A DNA stretch of 64,000 bases, from NCBI RefSeq assembly GCF_004010195.1, contig NC_057719.1:69688401-69752400 (forward strand), in the 5' to 3' direction. Source of the DNA: Chiloscyllium plagiosum (taxonomy: Eukaryota). The stretch's first letter is position 1, and each line of letters starts with the position of its first letter. The position numbers and the translations under genes are program-made. Of the stretch, positions 38,650-51,904 are shown piece by piece. The notes under the pieces are model-generated. The model searched no databases. It saw only the letters and a list, made by a program, of their open reading frames with translations, and had not been told where the DNA came from.

Positions 38650-40098
38650 CATGATGTGGAGGTGCTGGTGTTGGATTGGGGTGGACAATGTTAAAAATCA
38701 CACAACACCAGGTTATAATCCAACAATTTATTTGGAAGTACGAGCTTTTGGAGCACTGCTCCTTCATCAGGTAGCTAGTGAGGTGGGATCATAGGACACA
38801 GAGTGTATTGAACAAACTTAGATTGCTGTTAAGTCTTTAATCACTTAGAATGGGTTGCAGGTTTCGATTCATTAAGATGTAAATCCCAGAATTTCTTTCA
38901 AGTTACAGTCCCGAGATAACTTAAGATTTTACGAAAAAAAGGTGACATCTCAACTCAGACAATGCATTAAAGGTGTGAGATTAGAGTCTGTCTGTATCCC
39001 AACTTTGAGTCAGACCAGTTCTATGTCCAAAGTAGAAATCTATAAAATGTCACATTGACTGACTGCCTACAGATTGTGTGCTTTTTGAACAAAATAGAAT
39101 GTACCTGCAAATGTAAATTCACCCCATAGACTTGCATGTGGGGATGTATGCGTATGAGGGTGAGATACAGTGACTGTGTGCATGTGTGAGGGAGATAGAG
39201 AGTGAGAGAGTGTGTGTGTGCAGGTGTAATGGAGTATATGCCTGTGAGAGGTTATGCACGTGAGTGTGAGTGTGTTTGGGTGCATAAGTATGAGTGTGGG
39301 TGCGTGGGTGTATGAGAGTGTGACGTGAGTGTGAGTGTGTGTCTGAGAGAAAGCGTGCGTATGAGAGAGGCTCTGTGTGTGAGTGTGATCATGTGTAAGA
39401 GTATGTGTGGATGTGTGTGTAGACTTCGGGATATGCAACAACACAGTCACCAAGCAGAGGCTGGTAGCCACGTTCGGTACCCATGAGGATGGCTTTAACC
39501 GGATCTTGGATTCACGTCATACTATAGATGACCCCACTACACTATACACTCTCATAGACACACTCATACATGATAAGACTCACACAGACTCTGTCTCGTA
39601 CTCGCACACACACACACTCACACACTCTATTGGGTGAATTTACATTTGCAGATACATTCTATTTTGTTCAAAAAACACAATCTGTAGGCAATCAGTAATC
39701 GTGACATTTTATAAATTCCTACGTTGGAATTAGAACCAGTCTGGCTCAAGATTGGAATACAGACAGACTCTAACCTCACACCTTTAATGTATTGTCTGAG
39801 CTGAGATGTCACCTTGGTTTTATACTGTTAAAACCTTAAGTTATCTCCTGAAAGATGTTCTGGAATTTGCACCTTAATGAATTGAAATCTGCAACCCATT
39901 CTAAGTGATTAAAGATTTAACAGCAATCTAGGTATGTTCAATATATGTCATCAGTTGTATGACATTTGGATCTTTTATTATAAATTCTGGGTCCTATGAT
40001 CCTACCTCATTAGTTACCTGATAAAGGGACAGTACTCCGAAAGCTTGTTCTTCCAAATAAACCTGTTGGACTATAACCTGGTGTTGTGTGAGTTTTAA
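38650..40098 (+). mobile_element. 1.45-kb palindromic PLE insertion (third family)
   Basis: About 440-bp inverted arms; GT-rich and CA-rich inner tracts; GIY-YIG C-terminal remnant KQRLVATFGTHEDGFNR; 16-bp TSD CTGTGATGTTGGT(A/G)GT at 38634-38649 and 40099-40114. Confidence 0.92.
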
Positions 40099-41089
40099 CT
40101 GTGATGTTGGTGGTTAAATAACCTCTAGCTACTCATTCCAAGTTACTACAAAGGCAAGATTTTCTACTATCAGAAATCCCCTTTGTCATGGAAACTTTAG
40201 CTCATATGATCAGAAATCACAGCGTAATCCAGAGATGGTACGAGCAGAGGTATGATATTGAGTATTGTGCAAGGAATGTATATCTGTTATTGATAATCCG
40301 TTAGGGAGGAACGGAATATAAACATTTTGGAGAGGTTTTCCCAAAAATCAGAATTGACACTCTAAGTGAAGGAGAGTGCAACAGAATGTCATTACCAATT
40401 TGCATAGGTATTTTAAAGAAGAATCAAAAGTTTAATTACTGGTGACTTTCAAATATAAATATTTCTACAATGATAGAAAACTTGACCATTATCCACAGGA
40501 CATATAAATAAACTTAAAATTAATATCATAATAAAATTAATTACCTATTAAATGCAAAAGCCATTACCTCTATTTAAATAGGTTTGAAAGTCTAATTCAT
40601 AGATTTCAGATTGCATAATGGTGAGGCTTGTTAGGAAAGGAAAAATTAACGTTGTTAAATATCTTTTCGGTTAAGCTAGGCCAAACAACTAAATCAAATG
40701 CCCATATAAATAATTCCCAGTATCATAACAAACCAATGCATACCAAACTCAATTGGGCCACAAAATTGAGCAATCTCTGAAAACTGGTAGGGGATTGTGA
40801 TGCATAATTAACTCCAGCTCATTGCTTCTCATTACAGGCAACATTCAAATCCCATGCTGTCTGCTCAATGAAATATCTGGAGCATGCAGTAGCACTAACC
40901 ACAATGTTAAGTATGAGATGGGCAGGGGGGCAAGGGGCAAAATCTTTACAGGCGAGCACAAGCTAAGTTCGCTTGTACTATTTAAAACTGAAAACCAGAC
41001 AGCATCTCTTCAAGTAGAGGCTCAGTGGCTGACGCAGGTATTGGAAGGTCTTCTGAGACTGAGTTTGACTTGGGTAATATAAAAGAATA

Positions 41090-41790
41090 GCACAAGATGA
41101 CAGCGAGCAGGGTCCCAGACTGTTGGATACTGTACTAAAGGCTTTAATGCAAGAGAGAGGGGGTAGGAGAGCTGCCACTTATCCACAGTGGGCCTGGAGA
41201 TCTTCAAGTCAAACTCTACGAACACAATGGGATCATATAGCCTTGAAGGTCAATACTGGGATTCTAACCAGGGAGTGTAATGCATGCCATAAGAAGTTCA
41301 ATGATCTCATGAGTGCATAAGGTCAGTGAATGTATCTTCAAATATCCCAACAACTGCATCCAGCCTCAATGAACCACAGCTCAATACTCAACCACCACAA
41401 TCTATTAACCATTACACATTTCTTACATCCAGTTCTTCACTTTCATCCCACACATTTCTCACTGCTACAAGCCTCACATTCACATCTCGCAGTTTAAACA
41501 CGCTGCTAGATATTCAAATCATGACAATTACATCACCCAACCACACTGTCCCACAAACATGTTATACTCTCTTTTCCAGGAGGTGGTAGTGTGTAACAGG
41601 ATGAAGAATTTTCTAAGCAGTGAGGGCAGGCACAGCTACATGCTTTCATAACACCTCCCCAACCACCCCACTCCCCTCCCTCTCCCCCCTGCACCCCAAT
41701 GAAGAAGATGATTATTGCCATTGCTGGGATAGCAATGACTGAGCTTGTGGATCAGTGGTGAGGTTGGAACAATCAAACATGATGGTGTGA
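41090..41790 (+). mobile_element. Harbinger-like Myb/SANT ORF fossil with two exons
   Basis: PRLLDTVLKALMQE...QWDHIALKVN...CHKKFNDL; donor AAG|GTCAGT near 41321; acceptor CTTTTCCAG at 41579; then PMKKMIIAIAG. Confidence 0.7.
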
Positions 41791-42670
41791 TCTATTAGAT
41801 TTTGGGGGTTTGGTACCACAGTTAGGCCACTGACCATTTACACAGAATTTTTAGATGGATTATTAAGTTTGTTACGAACGAACAGTTCAGATATAGTACA
41901 TTACTCATCAGACAAAAAACACACGACCCACAAAGTGATGCAGGTAGAGTCCTTGACCAGCTGAAGGGCTCCTTGGGTATCCTTCCACCTCTCTTGGTCT
42001 ATATTCCAGGTGAAGGGGACAACTGTCTGGTGAACACTTCACTGGTGAGTATAGCCTTGACTCTGATCTTTCGTTGGCATATCCTCTTTCTAGGGTCTAG
42101 AAGCTTACACAATATCAATAAACCATTTGAATCCTTTCAGAAAGGGACACAGGAATGTCAGGGTTATGTCACCTACAGTGAGGTCAGTTTAAGTTTTATA
42201 AGAACAGGACCTTCTAAACATCCTGAACAATTTGATGCACCACACGTTAGCGGTCTGGTAGCTTTTGTAACCTTTGGTTTTAGCTTGACTTTGTCCTTGT
42301 GTTTGTTAGAAATTGTTTATATTTCGATATATAGTAAAAGATTCCAAGCTGTTTCAGCTAAATTAATTCAAAGTTTCAACTTGAGAAAAGCAAAGTAAAG
42401 TTTTTAATTTCACAGTTGAAGTTTATCCCTAAAACCTCATCTCTATCTGACTTCCCTGCAACATGTGCCTGATTTGGGAGGTAAAGAGGGTGCTACAGAG
42501 TGAATTTTGTGAACAAAGCCTCCAGTTAAGCGGAAAGGCTAGACAAGCTGAAAATGTTTTTCTTGGAGCAAGGATAGTTACAGGGAGATTTAATTAAAGT
42601 GCTCAATTTACTCATGGTTATACGAGAGAAAATGAGATCCTGTGTCCAAGGTTGGCTTTGTCATTAAGAC

Positions 42671-43362
42671 CATATGATCATAAGACATAGGAGCAGAAAT
42701 TAGGCCTTTCAGCCCATCGAGTCTGCTCCGCCATTCAATCATGGCTGATAAGTTTCTCACTCCATTCTCCTGCTTTCTCCCTGTAACCCTTGACCCCTTG
42801 ATACTCAAGAACCTATCTATCTCTGTCTTAAATATGTCTAATGACCTGGCCTCCACTGCCTTCTGTGGCAATGAATTTCATAGACTCACCACTCTCTGGC
42901 TGAAAAAGTTTCTCCTTATCTCTGTTCTAAAGGGTCTTCCTTTTACTCTAAGGCTGTGCCCTCAGGTCCTAGTCTCTCCTACTAATGGAAATAACTTCCT
43001 ATCATCCACTCTGTCCAGGCCATTCAGTATTCCGTATGTTTCAATTAGAATCCCCCTCATCTTTCTAAACTCCATCGAGTATAGACCCAGAGTCCTCAAA
43101 CATTCCTCATATGTTAAGCTTTTCATTCCTGGGACCATTCTCGTGAAAATCCTCTGAACACGCTCCAAGGGCAGTACATCCATCCTGAGAATTGGGGCTC
43201 AAAACTGCGCCTTAGATCACAACTCCAAATGTGGTCTGACCAGAGCCTTATCGAGATTCAGAAGTACATCTCTGCTTTTATATTTTAAGTCCTCTCAAAA
43301 TAAATTCCATCATTGCATTTGCCTTCCGAACTACTGACTCAACCTACAAATTTATCTTGAGA
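42671..43362 (-). mobile_element. Relatively young CR1 LINE 3' fragment
   Basis: LERVQRIFTRMVPGMKSLTYEECLRTLGLYSMEFRKMRGILIETY; CATAAGACATAGGAGCAGAA tail. Confidence 0.93.
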
Positions 43363-43867
43363 TAACTTACCAGAGGTTGCAGATTTAAGGTAATTGACAA
43401 AATAAGCAGAAATAGTTCTGGAAAAGGACTATGAAATGAATTTTTTTATGGGGTGAAATGTTATGCCCTGGAATATACTTCTTGAAAACATAATGGAAGT
43501 ATTTTCTTAAGATGATTCGATAAATACTTGAAAAGGAAACATCTGCAGGCTGTGGAGAAAGAGAAGGTGAGCAATTTTTCCTCTGACATGCTGATTGCTG
43601 CACCCATGTACACGTGCTCACAGACCTCAGAGGTCAGCACAGCAGAGACAAAAGTAAGGAGATCATAGCATTTTTCTCCTATTTCTGCCACATTTGGTAC
43701 TTAAATTTACCACACCAGCTATTTTATAGGTAGACTTTGTGGCAGCAACAATTTCTAATTGAATTCTGTTGCAATAATTGCTGATCCGATTAGGGTTAAC
43801 AGCACTGACCAGCTGTAAAGCAGTGTCTCCCAAATGACCCAAATCTCACATCAGAGCAAATCTATAG

Positions 43868-44068
43868 AATTCATTGCCACAGAAGGCTTTCGAGGCCAGG
43901 TCATTCAGTATATTTAAGACTGCGATTCTTGAGTATCAGGGGGATCAAGAGTTATGAAGAGAAAGCGGTAAAATAGAATTGAGAAACTTATCAGCCATGA
44001 TTGAATTGCGGAGCACACTTGATGGGCTGAAAGGCATAATTTCTGCTCCTATGTCTTATGTTCTTATG
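43868..44068 (+). mobile_element. CR1 3' end, same family as 42671 in opposite orientation
   Basis: AATTCATTGCCACAGAAGGC...TTTCTGCTCCTATGTCTTATG. Confidence 0.88.
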
Positions 44069-47000
44069 AAGCTACATGAATGCTTTAAGATATTACACCC
44101 CTCTTCTCAAACAATTTCAAAAGCATACAATTTGCATAAACCTTCCTGAGGAGATCTGCCAATGAGTACATGATGACCTGTGACTAACATCACAGATCTA
44201 GACAGTCATTTGGCTTTTCACTTGAATTTCTTTTAGAAGCCCAGTAAACCTAATTGGAGAAATTCATCTCACAAACTTAATAGGTAATCAAATCTGGCAA
44301 CAAATTGGCTATTCTTAGCTGCTGTTCTCCAACTGGCTGCTGCATCTTCTGCCAGTATTGGTCTTATAAATTTCTGTACTGGCTATGAAAGTGACTACTC
44401 CATTCATTTGTTATTCTCCAGCCTCCTCTATGTACTATCAGCAAGGATGCCATCTGGGCAAATGTTCATCAGGCAGTTGAACAGTCTGCTTAGGAGACCT
44501 GGGGAATTGATTTCGTTTGACGTGACAGCCACAGAGCAGCATGATAGTTTTATCAGGTTTTATCTCGTTGCAGGGCTCCCCAAAATGCACTATGTGGCAC
44601 CCACATACCAAAGTGAGGCCTTATTATGAACCCACACAATTTTCTTAACAGGAAGAAACATATTTTGCGAAATGCCCAATTAACATGTGACAAGGTGCTG
44701 ATAATTTTACCTGGGAATGCTTGAGTTGCTATGATGATTTCATATTCAGGAATTCAAGTTTCTCTGAGCTCTTCAGGAAAGAAAGTCAAGCATTAAATTG
44801 TGTCCACAAAGGCTAAATCATTAGAAGTCTTGGGAGATGGATCTCACTGCTTTGTACGCAGAATAATGTGAAGCATGAATGTTTTCACGTAAAGGACTCC
44901 AGGTTACAATTGTCATTTATTGCAAAGTTACCAAGCATACACCAAGGATTGGTGATCGCTCTTTATTTGTTGACAAGACTATATGCATTCAATAGAAATT
45001 GGGATACCATGTTAAAGTCTGATCTGTAGGACTACTTCTGTGTTCCAACTACAGATTCATGTGTTTGTACATCACATGTATTATGGTGGATAGCAATGGA
45101 CAGCAATTTAAGATTCACTCCATAAAAGGTAAATGCACATCACATCACAGCACTCCTTGCAATGGCTGAGAGGCATCTGAGCACAAGGTGTTAAGAAAGT
45201 TTCTCATCTGTCATTCCTTGTCAAAAATGCTGTCACTCCTTAGCCCCATCTTCATATGTTATAAACCCTTCAATGCTGTGCTCGTCCATATCATTACGGC
45301 ACATTAAAATTCCATAGTCGTAAAAGCTAACATGATGAGGATGAATTTTTCTGAATGACCAGCAACTGAGCACAAAATTAGTGCATAGTTTGTTTTGTGA
45401 AAAGAAATAATGTTCAATAGCCACAGTGTCCAAAGAAAAAAAAATCACAAAGATTGCCTGTTCTTGTCGGGTCACTAAGCTTTCTTTGACTGCTGTTAGT
45501 TCTGTGGGGGCAAACAAGACTCTTGATTCCTCCCATGAAAACCCAGCATTAGTTTTCTCCCTGGTTGCATCTCACTCAAAAGGCTTAAGGTTATCTACCT
45601 GAAAAATATTGTATTCATTTTTACTTCTTATTTTCAGCATCCTGCTTCCATCCTTTTAAGGTTTTTCTCTTGGATGAAATGTTTTGACAGTGTCAGGAAA
45701 TGCTGTATGAGCTGTATACAACACAAATCTGTAGTTACTTCAGTCTGGGTCTGGTTACTTTAAATTTTTACATTAATCAATTCAATTAACATATTTCTAC
45801 ACTACTTCCCTATACACTGAGAAGAAATAACCTCGAAAGCCATTTTCTCTGAGATTAAAAGGAACCACAAATATCTTCGGATGGGAAATCCATTGTGGCT
45901 GTTTATACCATTTTCAGAGGCCTCTTCCATTTCTCTGCCACAATTATGTTGGAGGATGAGTAACCTCACAAGAAATTCTACCCTTCACTTTTTACTACCT
46001 CCTTACTGATCTCCCACTTGCTTACAGAATGCTGTACAATACAATAAGCATCATACAGCAAAATACTGTTTGTGGCATCTTAGGACATATCAAAATATAC
46101 TGCTCTCTGCCCACAACTGCCAACCCCAACATCTCCTCTATTTCACTTGTAATATGAACAAGATGTAATTGTGAACAACTTTTAACAAAATCTACTTTCT
46201 CAAATAATTGACCTAAGTTAGAAAGGAGAATGAGAATATAATAGTTTCAGACTTGCATAGGGAACCAAAAGATATTGATGTTGCTTTTTGCATATTGTGA
46301 TGTCAATTGGCCCAGAATACAAATTGCAAATATTTGATGACATATAGGGACCACTACTGGGGATGAAGTTTCACATTTGGAGTAACGTTCCACAGGCAAG
46401 AGAAATGGTATAGCGTAATTCAGAATGTTGACTCTTTAAATCAATGCTAAATGTTCAGGCGTGCTGTGTTTGTAATGCAAACATAGAGGTCTCCTTATTC
46501 ACAAGAGGCTTGTCATAGTGCTGCTGCTGTTATGATCTAATGGCTAGTTTCATCATGAAATTTTGTAGAAGACACTGTGGCATGAAACAGATGAAGTACC
46601 TCTAGTGCAATGGCAAAGGTGCCTTTAGCTTTGTGGAGTACTGGAGCAAAAGAAGGATTTTTTTTCCTAAACAGAGGCAAACTGCAGCATTCCATCACTC
46701 AAGAGAAAAAGGATTTATTCATTGCTGATTGTGACAAATGGAGCTGACTACATCAGGGAAGAGTTCATTCTTCTGCCAGCTTTTCAACTTATCTCTTCCA
46801 CCTATTTGCCCCTTAGCTTAGATGTCATTACCGAGCCAAGGAACTATATATTTATAAAGGAACATAGTCTGGTACCTTTATAGAAAAGGGATAGGTGGGC
46901 AATTGCTGTCAGGCTTTTCTGACAGGATTATTGACTTGTCTTCTCTGCACTAAAGATAACACACAATTTGTCAACCCACTCCAATTCCATTTATATCTGC

Positions 47001-47414
47001 TGACTGAGATTCAGTATGGTTTGACTTCAAGTTTGAGAGTTGATAGCTATCCCAAAGTGTTAGTAATTGACAACGGAAATAATGAAAAGTTTGATTTTGG
47101 AAAACATCCCTGAAGATACTGAAGACTCAGTTGGGGTCAGATATAGCTGAGGGGCTCAAGAAGAGATGCTGAGATATTGTTCTCTTATTTTTGTCCAATA
47201 AACACCCTTTGTCACATAGTTAAATACGTACATCAACTAAGTAAATTCTTCTTGAAAAGTAATTTCAGTCTACAGGCTACATCGAGGTCAACAGAAGAAT
47301 AACCACTGAATTTCACATTCAGACTTACTTCAGAGTATTATAGAGCAAAGAAGTCTTAAATCAAAGCAAATACTATGTTGTAGGTGTTGTAAAACATCCA
47401 ATTACTATACGTGA

Positions 47415-47573
47415 TAATAAAACAAAGAACTGTGGATGCTGGAGATCTGAATCAAACTGATGAAGATCAAAACTGACAAACGGTCACTGAACTTGAAATA
47501 TTAACTCTGATTCTTTCTCTCTGCAAATGCCGGCAGACCTGCTGAGTTTCTCCAGTACTCTCTGGTTTTGTTT
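47415..47573 (+). mobile_element. Degenerate miniature PLE insertion (second family)
   Basis: AAAACAAAGAACTGTGGATGCTGG tail followed by sense pLTR. Confidence 0.7.
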
Positions 47574-48502
47574 GTTATGATATTCTTTGTAATGCCAAGA
47601 GAGAGGCTCAAATGTTTTGCCATGGAACAGTGAAAATGCCATTGTAATGGCTTTTAAGATCTGTGAGTGACACTGGAAAATAGCTGGGCTATCCTGTTGT
47701 ATTAGGACTGACTGGAGTTTGAGATATAAATTAGATCTGTGTGCATTTTTTGTAATGTAAAATCATACATAATTAACAGATATACTAATATCGTACCCCA
47801 TTATCTCGGCTGCTGTACAGGGGTCTGTTGGCTATGTCGGATCCCATTCTGTGCTGTGAAGCAATCTAGTGTAATAATACTTAATTGGAGAAAGACCAAT
47901 TTGAATGTTTACGAAGATACTTTTGTCTTTAAAGAGGAAACATTTTCGGGTCGACGTACAGTACATTCTCAGGTTAGGGAAAGGGTAGGCAACAAAAAAG
48001 CCATTGCTCCCTGAATGGTGAAAGTGATGGAGAGTGAACTATAACTGAAAATGGGTATGGATGCCAAATGCCACATTGATAATATGGTGAGGAACAGACT
48101 TAATGTAGAAATCTCAAAAGGAAATTGTAAAAGCAAGGAAGAGAGTCAGAAAGAGGATGATAAGAGACTGCTGCTGAGATTACAGGGAACTCAAAAGTCT
48201 TCTATCGGCTTTTAATAATAAAACAGTAATAAGAGGAATGGTGGGCCAAATTAGGGATCAATACTTATGGAGCTTTGCATGGATGCAGAGGAATGAAGGT
48301 TACTAAGCCAGGAGAGGAACTTTCTCCATAGTGCGGTGTACAATCAACTGCACACACGTAGTTTTGTGGGCACCACATTGTGATGTCAAAGTGTACAGCA
48401 CCTGTAAAGTTTATGCTTATTCAATATGCAACTGAAGTCAACAATGCTCAGCAGACTACCTACTATACTGGTGACAGCCATGATGCTGTTATTCCATGAC
48501 AG

Positions 48503-49646
48503 GTGAAACCGAGGACTGCAGATGCTGGAAACCCGAGTCTGGATTAGAGTGGTGCTGGAAAAGCACAGCAGGTCAGGCAACATCCGAGGAGCAGGAAAAT
48601 CGACGTTTCGGACAAAAGCCCTTCATCAGGAATACAGGCAGGACGCCTACAGGGTGGAGAGATAAATGAGAGGGGGGTGGGAGTGGGGATGGGGAGAAAG
48701 TAGCATAGAGTACAATAGGTGAATGGGGGTGGGGATGAAGGTGATAGGTCAAAGAGGAGGGTGGAGTGGATAGGTGGAAAGGAAGATAGGCAGGTAGGAC
48801 AGATCATGAGGGCAGTGCTGAGCTGGAAGTTGGAACTGGGGTGAGGTGGGGGAAGGGGAAATGAGGAAACTGGTGAAGTCCACATTGATGCCCTGGGGTT
48901 GAAGTGTTCTGAGATGGAAGATGAGGCGTTCTTCCTCCAGGCGTCAGGTGGTGAGGGAGCAGCGGTGAAGGAGGCCCAGGACCTCCATGTCCTCGGCAGA
49001 GTGGGAGGGGGAGTTGAAATGTTGGGCCACAGGGTGGTGGGGTTTGAAAAGCACAGCAGGTCAGGCAGCATCCGAGGAGCCCGGTGTCCCGAGATGTTCC
49101 CTAAGACGCTCTGCTAGGAGGCGTCCAGTCTCCCCAATGTAGAGGTGACCGCATCGGGAGCAACGGATACAATAAATGACATTGGTGGATGTGCAGGTAA
49201 AACTTTGATGGGTGTAGAAGGCTCCTTTGGGCCCTCACCACCTGACGCCTGGAGGAAGAACGCCTCATCTTCCGCTTCGGAACACTTTAACCCCAGGGCA
49301 TCAATATGGACTTCACCAGTTTCCTCATTTCCCCTTCCCCCACCTTACCCCTGTTCCAACCTTCCAGCTCAGCAATGTCCCCATGACCTGTCCTACCTGC
49401 TTATCTTCCTTTCCACCTATCCACTCCACCCTCCTCTCTGACCTATCATCTCCGTCCTCACCCCCATTCACCTATTGTACTCTGTGCTATTTTCTCCCCA
49501 TCCCCACCCCCTCTCATTTATTTCTCCACCCTGCAGGCTTCCTGCCCTATATTCCTGATGAAGGGCTTTTGCCCGAAATGTCGATTTTCCTGCTACTCAG
49601 ATGCTGCCTGACCTGCTGTGTTTTTCCTGCACCACTCTAATCCAGA
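48503..49646 (+). mobile_element. 1.14-kb palindromic PLE insertion with GIY-YIG remnants
   Basis: Perfect 17-bp TSD CTGTTATTCCATGACAG at 48486-48502 and 49647-49663; arms of about 420 bp; hammerhead-like cores at 48602-48629 (-) and 49555-49582 (+). Confidence 0.95.
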
Positions 49647-51119
49647 CTGTTATTCCATGACAGTCTCCCATTTGCTCAGATCTGAGGCACAATGTCAAAT
49701 CAGAGGGTAACTACTGGGTTATAAAGGCTATACTCTTTACACTTAGCTCAGATCTCTGGTCTGCAACCCAACAAACATATGACAGGCATATGTAAACTGA
49801 GAACCTTGCTGCCAAGTGAAATTTAACAGAGTAGGTCACTGGAGCATTGAGATAATGATTCTGCTGACAGATTGTTCAGAAAAAGCTTTAGTGCTTATGT
49901 GGGAAGGTGGATTGGGTAGAATATAGCATCATTCTCTATAGTCTCAGCCTAAATGCTGGCACAACCTCAGTTGAGAGTGCCACACAGGCTGCCAATTCTC
50001 TCTTCTCCATGAAGGTGACAACAAGGACACGTGTTTCTTGCATGCTAGTTCGTGCTGCTATCTCTGGTTATGGAGCAGGTTGTCCTTCAAGTTGGAGGGA
50101 CTATGGTGCAATATGTGCTGGTGATTGCCAGTCACTATCAAATAGCTGGCAGTGTATGCAAGCTGTACAATATGAATGCAAAGTTTACAATAGCGTTAAG
50201 TGTAAGAGAACAAAGTGAGGTGCTGAATGTGGAGCATGAGTTATGCTTGTTAGAGATTTTTAGTAGTTCAGTAAAGGGACTGTGATGCATTACAAAGTGT
50301 GTGAGGCTAGAGGAGCAGTTAGAACGATTTTGTGAATGACGATGGAATTATTCTCCTGTGAAGCTTTTGAACGTTTTGTATATTGCATTGAGATCCTCAG
50401 ATTACATTGACTATGATGGCTACTTATTCCCACTGCCTTCATAGTTTCCATTTGGAGACCTCCAGGCCCTGTGAGGGAGGAGACCCTCCCCCCTCCAGGA
50501 ACCTTTTGCACAAAAGTGTAGTGAACCTGGAAAATATTTATTGGCTCATTGCTGCATCTCCTCTCTTTTTGCTTCTAAACCTCTCCAGCTGCTTTTAGTA
50601 CCTTTGCAGACAGAGTGCAGCACCCCTTTGAGGCTGGTTGTCACATGAATTTGACCTCTTGCCAAGAAATCCAGCCATTCACATTTAATGTCTACCTGTG
50701 TGCCATTATTGTTTCATGTTAGCAGGTAGCACAAAGCTAGTGTGCTGCTTTCATCATTACCAATAGATGCAGGATAATTGATTATCATGATCCTTGCACT
50801 TGATTACCAATTTTATCCAATTTGTCTCACCATGTCTCTTGCAAATTCATCATTAAAAACCAGAATCCAAAATAAATCATCCCAGGGCTTATTTGAACCG
50901 TGTCAAACTGTAATGATCTGGGTTTCCACACTTCTAATTTTCTCTGCTTTCACATCATTCAGAATTGTAACTAACTTCGTTGTAGTTATTTTCTGCCCCT
51001 TTTCTCCCAAAATGTACAATTTCACATTTATCCACTTTGAACTGCACTTATCTATCTACCCACTCCCCCAATCTATGACAATCAAAATACAAAGAGCTTT
51101 ACAACATGACAGTAGCTAC

Positions 51120-51480
51120 ATCTTGGCAATCTGAGAAACATCCATCTACTCCTGCTCTTTACTATTGACATTATTCATTACAAGTCTCTTATGCATCACT
51201 TTATCAAAACCCAAATGTACTGCATAACCTTTGTCTGTATTACTCTGTGATTTCCACATAGAATTTGATTAAGTTGGTGAAGCATGACCTGCCCTTTATA
51301 AATCCATTTTGATTGCCCTTGAGTAGCCTTGAGTAGCTGATAGCTTTCTAAGTGTTCACTAATGCTATCCCTTATTATAGTCTTGAGTAACTTTGCTGCT
51401 ATTGATATGAGGCTAACATTTTTAACAATTACCTGCATTTTCTCTTTCCTGAACAGATACAACTGAACTCTTTGGTGCAA
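51120..51480 (-). mobile_element. Degraded CR1 RT fragment
   Basis: VSLISIAAKLLKTIIRDSISEHLE...GFIKGRSC-like remnant. Confidence 0.65.
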
Positions 51481-51904
51481 TTCCCATTTGAATATCCTAT
51501 TTCTTAGTATTTTGGTTCAAGTTTATATATTCTAACTTGTATTGAATCTATTCTAAAATAAAAAGGAATAAAACAGCTATGTGACTTTGAAAGAAACCTG
51601 GAGGTCACTGCAGACACGTTACTTTCAATGCTGACATAGTACAGAAAATTGTTGCAAATGGAAATATAGCTTTAGAAGCATAACTAGAATAGGGAAATGT
51701 AAAACTATATAGACATGCCAATGCATGGGCAAGATCACACTTAGAATAATGACAGAGGTGGTCATATTTCAAAAGGGATCTGTTCTCTCTGATGCTGTTC
51801 GAATACAGCAGCTGAGAAAACGCAAAATGTAAAGGAATGGGAAAATCTAAAACTCCACAGCCTACAGAGAGAAATACGACCACAAGGAGGTACTTTTTTT
51901 CTTT

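Noticed and set aside
39067..39471. His/Thr-rich 134-aa ORF
   Set aside because: Translation of a degenerate CA microsatellite inside a PLE.
41870..42463. Solo LTR (TGTTAC...GCAACA)
   Set aside because: Flanks AGTT and TGTG do not form a TSD; boundaries unresolved.
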